A DNA stretch of 64,000 nt from Balanoglossus misakiensis. Taxonomy: Eukaryota > Animalia > Hemichordata. The stretch is taken from NCBI GenBank assembly GCA_040954595.2, contig CM082583.2, positions 9,534,254 to 9,598,253 on the forward strand. The letters run 5' to 3'. A model generated the notes under the pieces. That model did no database searches, was not told the DNA's origin, and worked only from the letters and a program-made list of their open reading frames with translations. Position numbers and translations under genes: made by a program. This document shows, piece after piece, positions 1 through 14,695 of the stretch; position 1 is the stretch's first letter; each line of letters begins with the position of its first letter.

Positions 1-224
1 AAGTGTGAAGTGTTTGCCAACAATGTGTAAGTTCTCTTTCTGTTGGACGTGTGTGGCTATTTCCCCAATAGAGCCTGTGTCATTTTACATCTCATCCTAC
101 TGAAGTGTGGTACTTGTGTGAAATTTATCGTTTCAAGGGGTCCTTTTCCTGTAAAAGTGTGATAATCCTGTCTGGGAAAAGGTGGAATGTTTGTAGATGA
201 TAGAGATTTGTCATTCAATTACAG

Positions 225-3200
225 GAATTCCTTGAAACAGAACATCACTGCTAGAGAAGAATGCCCAATTAAAGGTAAGTCTTGACTTGAGGGGAAAGAT
301 AAGAAAAAATAAAATCAAGGGACTCTGTTTGTAAGAGCTGTATTGGATATGATGGACCAATTCTTAACTGGAAAACTTCGACTAAATTAAAATGCTGTAA
401 TTATAAGACAGATCTTCTGTTATGTATTTATATACATGTAGTTGTAGTCTTGTTTTAATACTGATGTAATTTTGTCGAAAAGAATTTAGATTTTGCTGTG
501 TATTGTGGATGTAAGAGTTTAAGTTTGAAATCTCTCTCCTTGATTTTAGGTTCAGAATTCTTTGATTGTGTTCTGTGTCGTAACAACTTTCTTATGGATA
601 TCTTCTTGAGGAGGGGGCGGGACTGTTTGGCCAATTTTCTTTTTTGGGGGGATGAAAGGGGAGGACTGATTCTCACTGTATACATCATCCTCTGTGAATT
701 GCCGACCATTTCAGCATGAACAGCACAGGGGACAATTGGCCTCTTTCGTGACCCCTGGGTGACCTCACACCCTGGCGTTTTTGTTGGCATGGCAACGTAC
801 ATCACTTAGCTTTTCACCTGTCTGTATCAGACAAAATGCCAGGATGTAGAGGTCACACAAGGGTCATGTAATTGGCCTGTTGTATGTGGGCATGGGTGTT
901 CACAGCACCGGGCTTGGTGGTGAATGCAGCGGGAAAAATGATGGTCCGGGGACAAATTTGCTGTTTGACACTGTCTATACTAGTTTTATGTTGTATGACA
1001 AAATACTCATATTGTTCGGTAACAGCCAACATGCAATTTAGCATGTTTCAGTATGCAAAACAAAATGATTAATGAAATCCCAGAAAAAGTCAAAACACAG
1101 CAACTTTGTCCTGCTGACTTTTTTATTGTGATGAAAGAAAGAGCCAACTGAGAAATGTTATATGAATGTACACATTTTACTATTCTCTGTAAGTATTATA
1201 ATTACCTATTGCTACAGAGCATGTACATGTACTTTTCAGCATGTGGTTCGCACTTTCTTTCATATAATGGCAGCATTGTTTTAAATTCCTGGCTTCATGG
1301 GTGCATAAATTGCTTTTTTCCCTTCGAAGGTGTAAAGCTGTGCATTCCCTGTGAGTGGCGCCAGCAAGTAATGAAAAAATTGTCATTGTTAATTTATTTT
1401 GATTTTTTTTACAGTAAAATTAATGTTGTTTTTATTTTCTCCCCACCACTCATTTCATCCCCATTATCTCCATTGATTGTGGGCCACTTTATTTTATCAC
1501 CTGCTGTTGTTGCTTGTCCATCGACCATCTTCACCCCCAACCCAGAGGTCACCACTTGCGAATGCCCGGAATGTCCAACTGGTTAGTCCTATGCTTTGCT
1601 TTTTGTTTGTGTTTGTTTTGTTTTTCTCATTGAATTTCAATGCCGTTGCAAGCATGTCATCAATCAGTTGGCAGAAGACTGGGTTCTTGCCCTTTTTCCT
1701 GCCCAGTCTGTTCAATTTGGTTGTTTGTCTGTCACATATTTTGAACAACGCATATGCTTTCTGCCTTTCAGTTGTTTTAAATTTTCATTTGGCATGAGAC
1801 TTAAATTTTGGCACTACATATATTCATTAGTTTTATGTTCATCTGAAATTATGCTACAGTTTTATATTGATCACTCATATTTACTGTTCTTGTGGGGTAA
1901 ACAAAAACTTCACAAAAAATGAAACTAGCCTGGCACCAAGACGAAGAATTCATGAACATCTAGAAAGCGTGGATTCAAACGCGATGAAAAATTCACTGGC
2001 TGACAGGTCTGCAAGTATCTGTGTTTCCAAAGTGTGTGACGTTCTTCTCTCATTGGTTGACTTCATCGGTACATCACCATGGTCAATATATATTCATCAT
2101 CACGATCGTTGCTAGAATCATGAGAAAATGACATCGAATGCATTGAGTTCACCCTAACTTTTAGAAGTTATCATAGCAAGTTTTCATGTGAATGTTTTGT
2201 GGGTGTTTATGTTTCTAACCCAGTAGCATCACCACTAAATTAAATAGAAACACTATCCTTCTCATGATCACAAAACAATCAACAGAGACAACGGACTCCA
2301 TATCATACATTTGCATAATATTTGCATATAGAAATATGTATAAATCATTTACTTACAATGGTCATCGAGTTACTTACATTCAGGCACAATTATTTCCATA
2401 TACCAACTCATAATTAAGAGTCCTTCTCATAGAATTTACATATTATAATGATCATCTTCATGTCATTTAATTACATACATACGAAGTTTACAATCAAGAT
2501 CAAAATTCGACCAGGGTACTTTCGGTGTTTCTCATTTGCATACATTTGTATACATTTGCATATCATTGAACACATTTACATAACAGAACAAACCAACTCA
2601 CAGATCTGTCACTGTGTGTCCAGTCTAATCTGTCCCCTTGCCTGGGATTGAGAAACCTGCAGCAAAATGTGATTGGTCCAAAAAGAAATTGTGGACGCTT
2701 TGCATATTGCTGCCTGTTTCACCTGTGTTGCGAGTGGCTAACCTGATTGGTTCAGATTGACTGCCTTTTTGCACTGATAGATTAACACCACTAAAAACGT
2801 TTTTATAAAAAAACTTCCATAATGTATGAATGTTGGTGTAATTTTCGATAGTTAGTAAAGTGATAAGATTTGGTGCTGGTGTTTCACACTTTTAAGACAA
2901 AAAAAAGTCAGCCTTTTTTGGCTGAAGTGACCTTGGGTTGAATGGCCATTAACTGCATTCAGTTTCACCAATGTAATCATGAGCGATAAAACACCTTTCA
3001 CTTATGCACCTGCCATCCTTTTCTCTCTGTTTGCTTCTGCCTTGCAGACTAACACCACCACCAGTAAATAAGCTGTCCATCGGGACAAGACGCTTAATAC
3101 GAGCCAAGTCGCCCATAAGCCTCTGCAGTGCTTCTTGTCTTGTGTTCTCTGCTGGCCTCGAAATTCTTTTGTTCGGTGCGACCCTTTTTGCTGGTGTGTG

Positions 3201-6200
3201 TTCATTTACTGAGGAACTAAACGCATGTCTGGTGACTGCATGAACTATCCACGTTGTAGTTCAAGTGGCACTCCCCCCCCCCCCATTTTAAAAACAGTTC
3301 AACACGCCGTGTATATGTTTCCGTTGTCGGTATTTGTCCTTGAAGTCACATGACTTAGTCACATGACTTGAATGTTCAGACTGTGTAGACATGACACTTA
3401 ACGGAACCAGTTAGAAATATGTTAAAGAGTATATCTTGGCAGTAAAACCACCAGCAAAAATGGTCGTCACCATCATGCTAAACAGCTAATTCCTTTGTTA
3501 TCTTTTCCCTTTCTCTCCCTCTCTCTATTTTTTTGTTTGGTCCTGCTCCCAGACTCCGCCCACACATTTGCCCCTTCACTGCATGTAATGTTTTTGTCCA
3601 TCATTGTTTTCATCATCATAACAGAGTTTCCAACAACTCCAACTACAACAACAACAACCAACACCACAAGTAGTAGTAATAATAGTAGCGAATGTCGATC
3701 AACACCTGATGTTACAGGTAGTTCTCTCAGTTCACAGTCCGATTTACCTTCCTGCTTGTAGCCTGCTGGGGTCAAGGTTCATTGGTGTTGCAAATGTAGT
3801 GTATATTTTAGGCAGTAGCATTTGACTCCAGAGAGAGAGTGAGTGAGAGAGCGAGAGTTAGCTATATAACTGAGTGTTTGGTTCGCTTTGTTAGTGATTA
3901 AAAACTATTTCTCCGTAAAATCTAACCAGCGCGGGTTTCTTGTAAAAAATTTGTGATTTTCTTACGGGTGCCTGAGATTTGTGTATGGCTGAAATGTTTT
4001 GGAACTTCCCTGTGTCTCAATCCCTTAAACCCCCAAATTGAATATTGGCATGAATTTTTTTCCATTCTATTAGTATTACTCAAAGCTCTTGCATAGATGA
4101 AAAGTGCAGAACCTCAGAAATCTAAAACTAATTCTGTTTCAACATCGAGAGTGTTTGCATGAGAATCAGCATGACTGGCATGAAAATTCGTTGAACATTG
4201 TCAAATTTCATGTTACATGTCTGTAAAATTAAGATGAAGAAATTCCTCTCACGAAGTGAAACTGTCCCCTGTGTTGAAATTTCGAAAACAGTGCAGCCAT
4301 AATACACACACGTACAATCATAAAATACACAAGTATATTATGTCTCACTTCACTCTAATCAAATTAATAATAAGAAAATAAATCTAGCTTGTAGAATTAG
4401 TCTGTAATAATTTGACAAACACCATTAACATTTATAATCTTCAGATCTTGAACTAACTTCGGCATGATAGATACACTAAATATAAACAATTTAATCAACA
4501 TTAAAGACGCATTTTAAATATGTATAAATGTATGTAGATTTTAGTCGTGCAAAATTAGGTCGTAGATTCATTTACATCGATATCATGCATATCACTTTCC
4601 ACCTGCCAGTCAATAGCATGCAGTGAGAGAAAAAAATCCACCTTTCATAAGTTTTTCCCTGTTTTGTACATATTTTATCGTCTTGGCAACAGCACCGCCC
4701 CCTCTTCCTTTATTCTGCCTTTTCTTTCTTTTTTTTTAATTTTTTTTTTTCGGAATGAGTGAAAAGAAAAATGAAAAAAACGTAAAATGATATTTTTTGC
4801 ATCATAGCAGTGCCGTCAACCCGGGTCACAACTCTCAAGGTTGAAGAACAAACAACCAAAGCAGGTTCACAATCCCCACAAAACACTGCTGACAATAATC
4901 TTCCGCTATCAGCTCCTATTCCGACAGACAGACAGGAGGAACCAACAGATAATAGCAATGAGATCCCAAATATTGGTAAGGCCCATAAAAAAGTTTTTCC
5001 TACAATGGCGGCAAATGTTTTTTTTTTTAGTTTTTTTTTTGTTATAAATAATACTTAGCATGCTGAGTTATTTGTGTAAGTTTATTAATCGTGTATTGTT
5101 TGTTTTGGCTATTGCTGTAGAAATAGATAAAAAAAATGATATTATTGCTAGAATGCACCTCTACGTGGAATCTTGGGGAATGGTTGCCACTTTGATATTT
5201 TCAGAATTTCTGGTCTGTATGAGTTTCCTGTTAGAATCCCTAAAGCATGTTGAAATTCCCCTGTCATGGTTTGGTCAATCTCCATTGTTTTCTATGGTAA
5301 AGTTTGGCCGTTGTGTGAAAGTATCAAAAAGTGACTTCCACTTTTTCATAGAATCTGTCTTTTGAGGTGCATTCTATCCCAAAACCAGTACGGTGGCAAA
5401 GAAAGTCACCGATGCATCGGTCATAAAACATGAAGTTAACAAGGAAATCCAACTGCAACACGATGCAACTAATGCTGATAATAATTTCACGGCAATAAAC
5501 AAATCATGGTTAAATTTGGGTGTTTTAAGATATGGATCATCGCATGCTACACCCTTGCGAAGGCTTTGATTTGTTTCATGTGGCTGATGAGAGAACTGCT
5601 TCAATGGCTGCCAGCCATGTTAAATTGCTTTCATTGAAGAATATGGCTGACTTTAGCGCATGTGCATGGCGAGAAAATGTGAACATGAATAGTCTAATCA
5701 TGAACACCAAGATGTCACATGAATGGTTTTCGACGTCTGTGACAGTCATCACTGAAAATGGATAGAATATGCCAGTGCAGTCACTATAAGTCGAAATGTA
5801 TTTTTGGAGCGTCTTGTACACGCGTGCGTGCGTGTGTAAGTGGAGAGATATGATAGTTTTTTTGATCGGTCTGCATTATGACCTTGAGGCTGAAAAATGA
5901 CCTGCTTCATAGTCTCACTCACTATACACAGTCACGCCATTCATGATTTTTATATGTGACATTGCTTGTAGTAGTGTGTGTTTTATTCATTTCTGTGTTA
6001 AGGTCTCCTATATTTTCTTTTTTGTTTTGTTTATTGCTCATGTCAGCTCCTTTGCACCCACTCCATGGCTTTCCCCTGCAGCACAGTAGAGAAAAATAAA
6101 TTCCATTTTTCTCCCACTGTACCTTGCCTTTTCACATCACCATGCATGAGATGTATAGATACTTTCAAACTTCTATTTTTCTGTCACAAATTTGTTTCCA

Positions 6201-9200
6201 TTCTTTCAAGTAGTTTTCATAGTTCTTTTTTTTTTTAATTTGTATTGCCGCCATTGTGGAAAACATGGACCAAACTGTAACCATCTCTGAGCATGCTCTG
6301 TTAATGCCCGAGTAGCACCTGTCAATCACTCACCCCCCATTTCCCATGATTCCCCCCACCATCTGACATTGATAGAGCATGCTCAGTAGACTTTCCGGCT
6401 GATTTCCCAGCGTCTGCTCCGGGAATGTTGCCATGCCCACTCCGATCATGTTGGAATTTCTTCAGGCAACAAAACCAACTGATAAAAATGCAAAAATAAA
6501 TAAATAAAATAAAACTTGATAAATAACAGGTGCCATGGTTGCACTGCCAATTGCTTAGTTTAACAAAAGTGACTATGCAATGCCATTCTTTAAATGCGAC
6601 CACTCTTCAGATTTCTTTTCTTTCCCACTGTTTTATTTTATCACTTCTCAGCAGACTGACCCACTAATGCATATTTTTGAGTAATTTTTCAGCCTGCGAT
6701 CGATTATCAGCTTCATCCACCATAAGCAGCTAGCAGTTGCTAAGTCACCAAATGTACACATCATCTACAGACATTGTCATTCTCATATTTGTTCGAGTAA
6801 AAATCATGATGCATTGTAAATACACAAACTAAAATCTGAAAAGATGTGAAACAGTCTGTGAATCTGATGTCAAAAAATAAAGATGCATCACAAACCATCT
6901 CCAGACTGACCTGTTGCAACACACATCACACTGAGTATTTTATAGACTTTTTATCTTTCTACATTTTTTTGAAAAATCCTTTCTTCCCATCCTCTATTCA
7001 CTGAACTCTATATATTATCCTCTCTTTGCACCACCCACCCAAGTAGTTTAATTCCTACTGAACCCTATAGTCACCCCATAGGGACTAGATCTACCTAGAA
7101 TATCAGAAACCTGTCATTCTCGTAAGAATCATGTTCTACACATTAAAAATCCTGCTGACTTCTTCCAACATGCAACAGAACAATTCTGCCGGTGTTCTGT
7201 ATGAGCAGCTTGACATCATTTTCTTTAAATCCCACTCCCCAGAAAAAAGACCACATTTCTGGATGGAAATGAAACTCTCAAAACAAAGCCAATCCATCTA
7301 TTATGACATGTCCTGGTATCTTGTCCATGCGTGTATATGTGTTCTATGACTTTGTCTTCAGAAAAGTGTTCATAGATTTGATTTGTCATTGTCGCTGTCT
7401 GTGTCAAGTTGTCGCATACACTCCACGTCATAAAACATAAACAACGCATCACATTGAACATTTTCCCTCAATAGCGCAACATTCATAATTTACACACATT
7501 TTCCACATACCCACAATCACCATCCCTCTATCACACAATACATCTCACACATCAGAGACTATTAGACAGCATTAACAGAAGGACTGAGGTGTCAATAAAT
7601 TAAGATGGCAGAGAAAATAACTTAGCCATGCACATGCGAGACACAGTTGTCTAAAGTTTGCAAGACTAACCTTAACAATTACTCCCTAACCAAGCATGCT
7701 GTGTTATGACCGAGTATTATTATTTGCTGTGTCTAAATGACGCAGTTCCAAAATTGAAAACAAGGGTAAATTTGAGATAACATTTTGAAAATTTGATGGT
7801 GATAATTAGCACGACATGCAGGGATATAAGGTGACATCTCCTGGAAAAGGACTTTTGTATGTTTTTGTTTTTATTTTGTTTTGGTTATGTTTTGTCTTGT
7901 CTTAGTGTCTTGGCTGTGGTTGTTTACTGCAAAAAGCAGTACATGTTTGTGTACCTATAGAAACCTACATGGTAGTATCTGTTACTGGTGTTAAATTCAC
8001 TTGACTAATGATCAAAAAAAGTTCCCAAAGTGATCCCAACCAAGATCCTAAGGCTAAGAAGTTTTTAAGTTTGCATGTCAGGGTGGCGACCTTCTGAAAA
8101 CTAAATGGTGGTATCTGCTAACAGACCAGAAATGTTGCTTTTTCGTTTGCACAGTGCCGGGAAGAACGGAGACAGTGGTTGGTGTTGAGAGTAACTGTAG
8201 TGCACTGACGTGGATCGCGATCATCGGGTGGATTCTACTGGCGCTGCTTGGTATCATTCTCATAGTCTACTTCTGCTGCAAGAGGGCAAGAAACTCTAAG
8301 AACATCTGTTACAGAACATCTGGGAAAATGGACGTCAGTCAACGACAGGAGCAAGGTTAGACATCTTTGCCCACTTTGTTCTTTGCATGTGTTTTTTTCA
8401 ATCCCTATCTACATGTATGTGTGCACAAAGTAGTGGTTCATGTGAATCTTATTAACATGCAGGACTATCACCATATCCGTTTTGATTACAAATTTGAAAT
8501 TGGTACTTATATACATGTTGTGCTGCAGTCGTCATGTGCTTTCATGTTCCGCTGAACATCCACAAATTCCAAACACGACACCCTCATTCAATCATGACAC
8601 TAGGACACAGTAACCATGTCTCCCCACAAACAAGAATTTGCCCAAGAAGCTCACCCTCATTCAGATTTTGTGTTTTCTTTTTCATTTGTAATTTTTTACA
8701 CCCAATCTGGATATTTGGCCCGGTAGGACGTGTTGTTCGAATACTTCTTCCCCTAAACAGCTGAGAATAGTTCGTTTCTCTTTATCTCATATCACTTTAT
8801 AGGGTTACAAAATAGCACGCACATGTGACATTGGTCTTTCATGGAACGTTAAAGAATATTCTTGTCACAATTATATCATCAGCCTCCATGAAGGTACATG
8901 GGTTGTTTTGTCTCTGTGTTAAATATCTAAGACTGACGTTTTTTGTAGATCTGTATAGATTCCTGTTCACGTAGAAATTAGTTTTCAACCAATAAACCAT
9001 TCCGGGGAAACTTCTCTGTGCATGTTAACCTATACACCCGTTTTTAACGAACGGCTGCCATATTGTCTCACCAGCCATCCCATAATACATTCCCATCAGG
9101 CTTTGCAGTGGTGTCGTGGTTCTCTGCCAGCTGCCGAGCTTTCAAATCATGGTGGCTGTTTTTTTTCCTTTCATGCGTCACATGCTTGTTCATCACACCA

Positions 9201-10075
9201 GTCTGCTTGGGCTCATAATATCTCTGCTGAGTCTTAATAAACACCAAAATTGTTAAATAATAAAGTATATACACTGCCATGATACCAAGATTTGAAATTA
9301 TTATACTTATCAGATTGTGACTCTCAAACGGGCTGCAAACATTTTTGTCCCAATCTACTGATTCTGATATGGTATCAAGTCACTGTGAGGAATTCATGCA
9401 GTCTAAAGTAAAATGTCAGCTATAAATTGACGGCCAAAATATGCAACAAAGCTTCAAGTTTTTTATCACTTCAAATTGATGCAATGCTTCTGATGTCACA
9501 CTGTGCACTTTGCTGACACATTTATTTCTTTGATAAACTTCAATAAGTATGAGCTCCCATGTTGGGAGTGAACCAAAACAGATGTCCTGTCATCAAACTC
9601 TTTCATTCTGTCAAAAATCCACCAACAGGTGGTCCTCCCCTGAAATAATTTTAGAATCGTTTCAGTATTGCATTGCTTCAGCAGCTTTCAACAAGGTATT
9701 GGTATAGAATTATGGGTGAGACGGGATACCTTCACTTAATCTTAACTTTAACATTCAACAACACCAATTTCACCTTGCGACTTCTGCATTGTGTCGACAG
9801 TCATGAAAACCCCAGACCCTCCGCAACAGATCAGCTATGTGGAATCCGAGAATGCCAAAAACAACCAACAGGACAGCACGACAGAGAAGCCGTCTAAACC
9901 ACCAGTGCCGCCCAAACCCAAGAGCTACGACCAGAGCTCGCTGACCCGACCGCCTAGCAACCATAGGGACAGTTACAAAGACGTTAACAAGGAGTTGAAG
10001 TATAGTTTCATCCATAGCAACGGCGGTTCCTCTCTTAATTTCCCGCTCCGAGGTGAAAAGGTGGCTCAGGTGTGA
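225..10075 (+). CDS. 3' part of a type I single-pass membrane receptor (Thr/Ser-rich stalk, TM helix, proline-rich tail); possibly a transmembrane semaphorin; 5' end lies outside the window
   Basis: Phase-consistent GT-AG exons: 225-274 (NSLKQNITAREECPIK), 1546-1581 (EVTTCECPECPT), 3625-3717 (EFPTTPTTTTTTNTTSSS), 4811-4975, 8155-8355 (TM WIAIIGWILLALLGIILIVYF followed by CCKR), 9801-10075 (KPPVPPKPKS, ends VAQV*). Introns after the first listed exon are all phase 1. The family call is a weak inference. Confidence 0.75.
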
Positions 10076-13000
10076 AGATGAACACGGAACCCAAAGTGGA
10101 CAAAAAAAAAACTTTTGCTTTGCAGCGGTCGAGCTGTTTTAAACACATCCGTTCATTTCTGTTAAGAAAAAAAGGGAACCATTTGCATTTTGAAGCCTTT
10201 TCTGTTCCAATTGCCAGAAGTAAGTTTATTTTTGGGCTTAAGATATTGCACGACCAAGATGATACCCCCTCACTGCCGAACACCTGGTCAATTTTCGAAA
10301 CATATCCCAGATTTTCCAATAGTTATCTACAGCAACAGCCAAGATATCATCCAATGATGGAATGTGCTGATGATCTGAGGATATATATCCATTATTGGGA
10401 ACGAGATCTTTTCCCTGTGCCAACCAGAAAGGGAAGATGGAACAAGTGTCACGAGATCCCTCCCGTGTCATGCGGGAGAGCGGTCACACACAAAGAAGTA
10501 TTACGCCGAGGGAGTAATGTGTTTTATTTTAACGGCCACCTCGATGTAGATGTCTGCGATGTTGAAGTTCAACGACAATCAATAAAACGAAAGAAGCTCA
10601 CACACTACCACTGAGGGCAGTGTGCCAGGACAGATAGAGCCAGGAACACAGAGTGCCGGATTCATTCTATGATTGTGACATTGGAAATGCATCATTCAGG
10701 CACTGCCGGAAACAAAAAAAATTTTCTGCACAAAAAGCTGCAAACAGCAGATCCATATGTGTGCGCCGTGGATATTGTATGAAGTGGCGTGACTGGTTTG
10801 CTGTTGGACATTCAGCTTTCGTTCCTGTCAAGCTCTGCAGTGTACAAGTTGTTGAAACGTTTTCCTAACTGTCTGGCATCAGTGTATCAGTGATGGTGAC
10901 GTTTTGATGTTCGCGTCCGATGGTCTGAATCTGTGTGTATTTGAAGATGTTCTGTTTGCCTGCACATAACTCTACTGAGATTCCACGCACGTTCCGTTCG
11001 TACCAGTGTCTCACAGCTTAAACTTTGACTGCAGAGACCTGTGAGGAATTTGCCAACAAATTTGATGAATAAACAGTGATGGTGTCTGGAAGGACCAATG
11101 TTGCAACCAGTGCATTAATTTTTACAGTGTTGCAGCTGACCTTGCAATCAACAAAACAACTCTATTTGAATTGAAAACATTTGTGACTTGAACTAGTATC
11201 CATGCATTTTTCTGTTTGTGGTTTTCAACGTACCCGTACTTCACATTGAACTGTCCAAGATGTACAAGTGTCCCCCTAGTTTGTGCAAAGGAACCTGGTC
11301 TTTGTGATTATGTTGAATACATTGTACATCTTATTGCTGGAAGACTGACTGAATTTGGGTGCTGCGTTAGTTGTAGGTAAAACCCTAAATTCCTTTTAGA
11401 ATTTAAAGCCTATCTCTGATAGGCTTATTGTGAAAACATGGACTACACTTTCTCAAACTTTATGTAGCTTTTTGTCAATAGTCAACGTGATACACTTATT
11501 TTTCTCTGATCACGGTCACAAAGCTAGAGGGTCTCTCCAAGTAGATGTAGATTTATGGACGACACATGATGACTCCCTGACCAATCACTGCATTCAATAT
11601 TGTATCTTTTAGCTCATTTGAAAATAAGACCCTCTATGCCGCTTGTAAAAAACACCCAGTAATCATGTGCAAGATGTAATTAAAGAAATATTGACATTGC
11701 GATTCCTGACACCTCTTTTCAAACAGGAGAGGTCACTGCCAGTTCTTTTGGCATGGCATGAACTTTTCCGAGATGGGCTGTATAAAGTTGAATTTTACTG
11801 AATTTTTTTGCTAAATTTTAACTGCAGCTTGTGTACCGATAGTATGAAAAGAAGCAACAAGGAGAAGGGAAAATGAACAATCTGTATTCAAAAAATGTCA
11901 AATCAACACTGCCAGAAACATTTCCTTAGATCTTCTGATTGAAAGTTTGAAGAACAGAAACAATGACTGATGTAGTCTAGCTGTGCGGACTTTGTTTTAA
12001 TCTATTTTTATGTGCAAATAAGATACACTTTTATAATTTGTACAGTTTATTATATATTTTTTTCTAGTTGCTGGTTTCATAGGTATTTTTATGCATTTTC
12101 TTTGCAGATTGGTTTTTAGGTTCTATTTTTCTGGAAGTGCTATGCAAGCTTTTGCTATTTAATTGGGGTTGGGGTGATGTTTGAAAAACAAATTTGTGTT
12201 TTTTTAATGTGCAAATATCCTGTGATTTAGATTTTAAGCCATGGAAATGGTGCTGGGAATTCTTCTAAAAGGATGTGTGTTGTGCTCCGCGAAAAAAAAA
12301 CAGTCATCCAGATTCTGCTAATAACTTAGACGTCACCCCACATCACTCCTTTATTGTGAGGAAATGGGGTATACTAACAGGGTGAAGGTGAGACGCTGTG
12401 TTCTCTATGAGAGCCAGATGTAGATTAATACATTCCCTTTATTCTATGCTGGCCAACACACATCTGGTGGTTGGTTACTGTTGTTGGGTGGGGTGGGGCG
12501 GGTGTTGGGTGGCTGGGTTCTGTTTTTGGTTTTAGCAGCACAATCAATTTTAGCATGACATCGTTAGGTGTAAAGATCTTTTTTAAAGCTGGATGGGTTT
12601 AGTTGTTGGCTGTACATTTTGCTTCGTATGGAGGTAGAGTTGAGAGCAGTTTCAATCATTTTGAAACCAAAGTTAAGCAAGTAGCTCAAGTACACTGATC
12701 AAAGCATCCAGCTATTCTCCTAAAGCAATCAATATACAGATAGCCTTGTCAGTCATAATTTTAAAGAATTTTCCCTTAAACAAAATTGTGCATATTGAAA
12801 ATGGCTGTGTCTTGGTCAGCTGATCTTTTCTCTCTTCCACTAAATCACTCAATGAGGTTCAAAAACTCTGCAGCAGTGAAAAAAAAATCAGAAGAAAAAA
12901 AAGTGGTAAAAAGACATTCCAGTCGTCTGCCCTGCATCATAGTCTTAAAGAATAAAAAGAGTACTTAAATTTTCCATTTTACTTTGTAAATATTGTTTTG

Positions 13001-14695
13001 TAAAATAATTTCAAAAAGTGTTTTGTTTTAAGAGACTTAGCAAAGCTTACCAATGAAATGGCTCTACAGATTCTTTAATGAAATGTTCAGGAGTATAGAG
13101 TAGAAAACAAAGTTCACTTTCAGATGGTAGGGTTGTCTGGTTAACTTCAAATAAAACACAAAAAGTTTGAATTTTGAGGACTCGCATGATTCACTCTTCC
13201 AGATTAGAAGGCGTAGATTATAACACTTCGAAGTGATCTTCTCAAGTGCCTACTTTTCATAATCAAGTGTATTTATATTCTTGAAGTCGCCATTTTCTAC
13301 ACGTGACAAACCACAACAAGCTTTGTGGGGAAAATTCTGAAGTCTCCATTAACCTGTTCCAGTGCATGGACAGCAATTGGGAATGCTTTTGTTTTTATGC
13401 AAATACGTGCATGTGGGCAAGGTGTCTTCCACATCCCCAGAGCAGTCATATCACAAGACACTGACCTCAAGTATATCTCTCCTCTGGTAAATACTGGGAT
13501 TAAAGACTATAGTATAGTATAGCTCATTAAACATACATAAGGAAACGAGATTATTGTTAAGGTGATACCCAATGATTGAAATTACATGGTAACAGTTGCT
13601 ATGAACAAATTTAAAAATCAAGAAAAATGTTTTGTTGATTTTGTTTGAATGATATAGAAAATATAGGACAAACTCAATCAAATGACCAGTGGACAACAAA
13701 TATGCAAATAACAGAGTTATGCCAATGATAGCAACCAATCTTGTACATTGAATCCTTCGGTATCGCCTTAAATGTCAAAATTTACTAGACAACCCTCCTC
13801 TTACATAGTTCAAGTTATATTCCAGGAATGTCATATTTTCCCCAGATAAAAATCCAGCAAAGTTGCCTGCGTTGAAAAGAGATTTTATTTTTGTATGTTT
13901 GTTTTCCTTGATTTTAAAAGTCTCGCAGGTGCAGTGGCATATTTCAGATTGGCTCAGATTGCACAATAGCTTTTAGTACAGTGTCTCTATATGCCAGCAT
14001 GCTGGAAAATGTTGGATGTGTAGGTTAGAATGTTAAAAGGTTAAATAAAAGTTTAATGTGTTTTACTGTTAATGTCTGTTATGGTACATTCTTGATTGAT
14101 GTAATGGTATATGTGTGTGCACACATCGTGTCGAGTGATAATGATTGACAAATCTTAGATGTCATGATATTCTTTTTATTCCTGCATAAATATAAGACTA
14201 CAAATCTCAAAACTGCTACTACTAGAGGGTGCTCTATAAAATTCAACGCCATACAAAAACATATCCTACATACATACACAATGAAGCATAATCTTTTATC
14301 CAGAGTGCAGAGCAAAATTGATATTGCATCATACACTATCACTTTCAATATTTCATTGTCTGTCCCAGTTTTCCATGTATTGTCATTAAAACTCTACTAG
14401 ACTGCTTTTAAAATAAATACATGTTACACTTTCATTTTGCTGTTTCCCCTGCTTATTAGGGAAACTTATCAAAATGAAATAAACAAGACAAGCTTCCTGA
14501 TACTTCTCCATGAAAGTCACCTTAGCTTATCTCAAGTACAGAGACTTCACTCTCAAATTTATACAGAGTTCCTTTTATACAAAGATTGTGATACTGAACA
14601 GCAGATTTGAGGGAAGATGACTCGAAGTAAGGGCCAGCCTTACTTGTCCTGAAGATATCCAGTGAAAAGTCCAGCGCTTTCGGGTTCATGTCAAG

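Noticed and set aside
3048-3063. Candidate microexon (TNTTT) after a strong pyrimidine tract in the receptor gene
   Set aside because: Its phase does not fit the phase-1 neighbours (it reads GAC TAA). A truncated secreted isoform is possible but unsupported.
10072-10614. 180-aa ORF right after the receptor stop codon
   Set aside because: No recognisable motifs or exon boundaries; most likely chance openness in a long 3' UTR.
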